Shown here: in pieces, positions 62,801 to 64,000 of the stretch | Layout: every line of letters starts with the position of its first letter | Position numbering within the stretch: position 1 is the first letter of the stretch | Source of the DNA: Eledone cirrhosa | Lineage: Eukaryota | Assembly (NCBI GenBank): GCA_964016885.1 | Contig: OZ024741.1 | Span: forward strand, 415,524,001 to 415,588,000 | Direction: 5' to 3' | Length of the DNA stretch: 64,000 nucleotides | Notes under the pieces: generated by a model | Seen by the model: only the letters and a program-made list of their open reading frames with translations | Told to the model about the DNA's origin: nothing | Databases searched by the model: none | Made by a program: the position numbers and the translations under genes

Positions 62801-64000
62801 CAAGACACTTTATGTCACATTGTTCCAGTCCACTGTATCCTTGAGCAAGACACTTTATGTCACATTGCTTCAGTCAACTGTGTCCTTGAGCAAGATACTT
62901 TGTCACATTGCTCCAGTCCACTGTGTCCTTGAGCAAGACACTTTATGTCACATTGCTTCAGTCAACTGTGTCGTTGAGCAAGACACTTTATGTCACATTG
63001 CTCCAGTCCACTGTGTCCTTGAGCAAGACACTTTATGCCACATTGCTCCAGTCCACTGTGTCCTTGAGCAAGACACTTTATGTCACATTGCTCCAGTCCA
63101 CTGTGTCCTTGAGCAAGACACTTTATGTCACATTGCTCCAGTCCACTGTCTCCTTGAGCAAGACACTTTATGTCACATTGCTCCAGTCCACTGTTTCCTT
63201 GAGCAAGACACTTTATGTCACATTGCTCCAGTCCACTGTGTCCTTGAGCAAGACACTTTATGTCACATTGCTCCAGTCCACTGTGTCCTTGAGCAAGACA
63301 CTTTATGTCACATTGCTTCAGTCAACTGTGTCCTTGAGCAAGATACTTTGTCACATTGCTCCAGTCCACTGTGTCCTTGAGCAAGACACTTTATGTCACA
63401 TTGCTTCAGTCAACTGTGTCCTTGAGCAAGACACTTTATGTCACATTGCTCCAGTCCACTGTGTCCTTGAGCAAGATACTTTGTCACATTGCTCCAGTCC
63501 ACTGTGTCCTTGAGCAAGACACTTTATGTCACATTGCTCCAGTCCACTGTGTCCTTGAGCAAGATACTTTGACACATTGCTCCAGTCCACTGTGTCCTTG
63601 AGCAAGACACTTTATGTCACAATGCTCAAGACCACTGTGTCCTTGAGCAAGACATTTTATGTCACATTGCTCCAGTCAACTGTGTCCTTGAGCAAGACAC
63701 TTTATGTCACATTGCTCCAGTCCACTGTGTCCTTGAGCAAGACACTTTATGTCACATTGCTTCAGTCAACTGTGTCCTTGAGCAAGACACTTTATGTCAC
63801 ATTGCTCCAGTCCACTGTGTCCTTTAGCAAGATACTTTGTTACATTGCTCCAGTCCACTGTGTCCTTGAGCAAGACACTTTATGTCACATTGCTCCAGTC
63901 CACTGTGTCCTTGGGCAAGACACTTTATGTCACATTGCTCCAGTCCACTGTGTCCTTGAGCAAGATACTTTGTTACATTGCTCCAGTCCACTGTGTCCTT
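53807..64000. repeat. 45-bp satellite array (over 225 monomers, runs off the window end) derived from a SINE core
   Basis: TGTGTCCTTGAGCAAGACACTTTATGTCACATTGCTCCAGTC(C/A)AC, with 43-bp variants (GATACTTTGTCAC) from 55800 onward. Confidence 0.98.

Noticed and set aside
53790-63601. Very long ORFs (up to 1276 aa) of VLEQDTLCHIAPVHC / SLSKTLYVTLLQSTV repeats
   Set aside because: Artefact of a 45-bp unit that is stop-free in two frames. The 43-bp variants shift frame freely and the unit is SINE-derived.

Overview
Eukaryotic, repeat-rich animal DNA. The RTE LINEs with (ATG)n tails, tRNA-derived SINEs and TTAA-bounded MITEs suggest an octopod cephalopod (inference). The ORF track misses the host gene. 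Seven short + strand GT-AG exons (27708-51552) splice with consistent phases into 251 aa plus a stop, matching the C-terminal half of a Rad21/Rec8 kleisin, most like meiotic REC8. Four large tandem arrays lie in or beside this gene, and each is built from a different transposon class. (1) A 58-bp satellite of at least 27 kb with nested higher-order repeats; its monomer carries a piggyBac-type TTAA+TIR. (2) A 66/59-bp array from RTE coding sequence. (3) A 34-bp array from a hAT-type end. (4) A 45-bp satellite of at least 10 kb from a SINE core. The introns also hold a degenerate Penelope-like element (RT + GIY-YIG), two short non-coding fold-back elements carrying hammerhead-ribozyme folds (retrozyme/non-autonomous PLE-like), and many LINE/SINE/MITE fragments. 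All calls were made by eye, without database searches.
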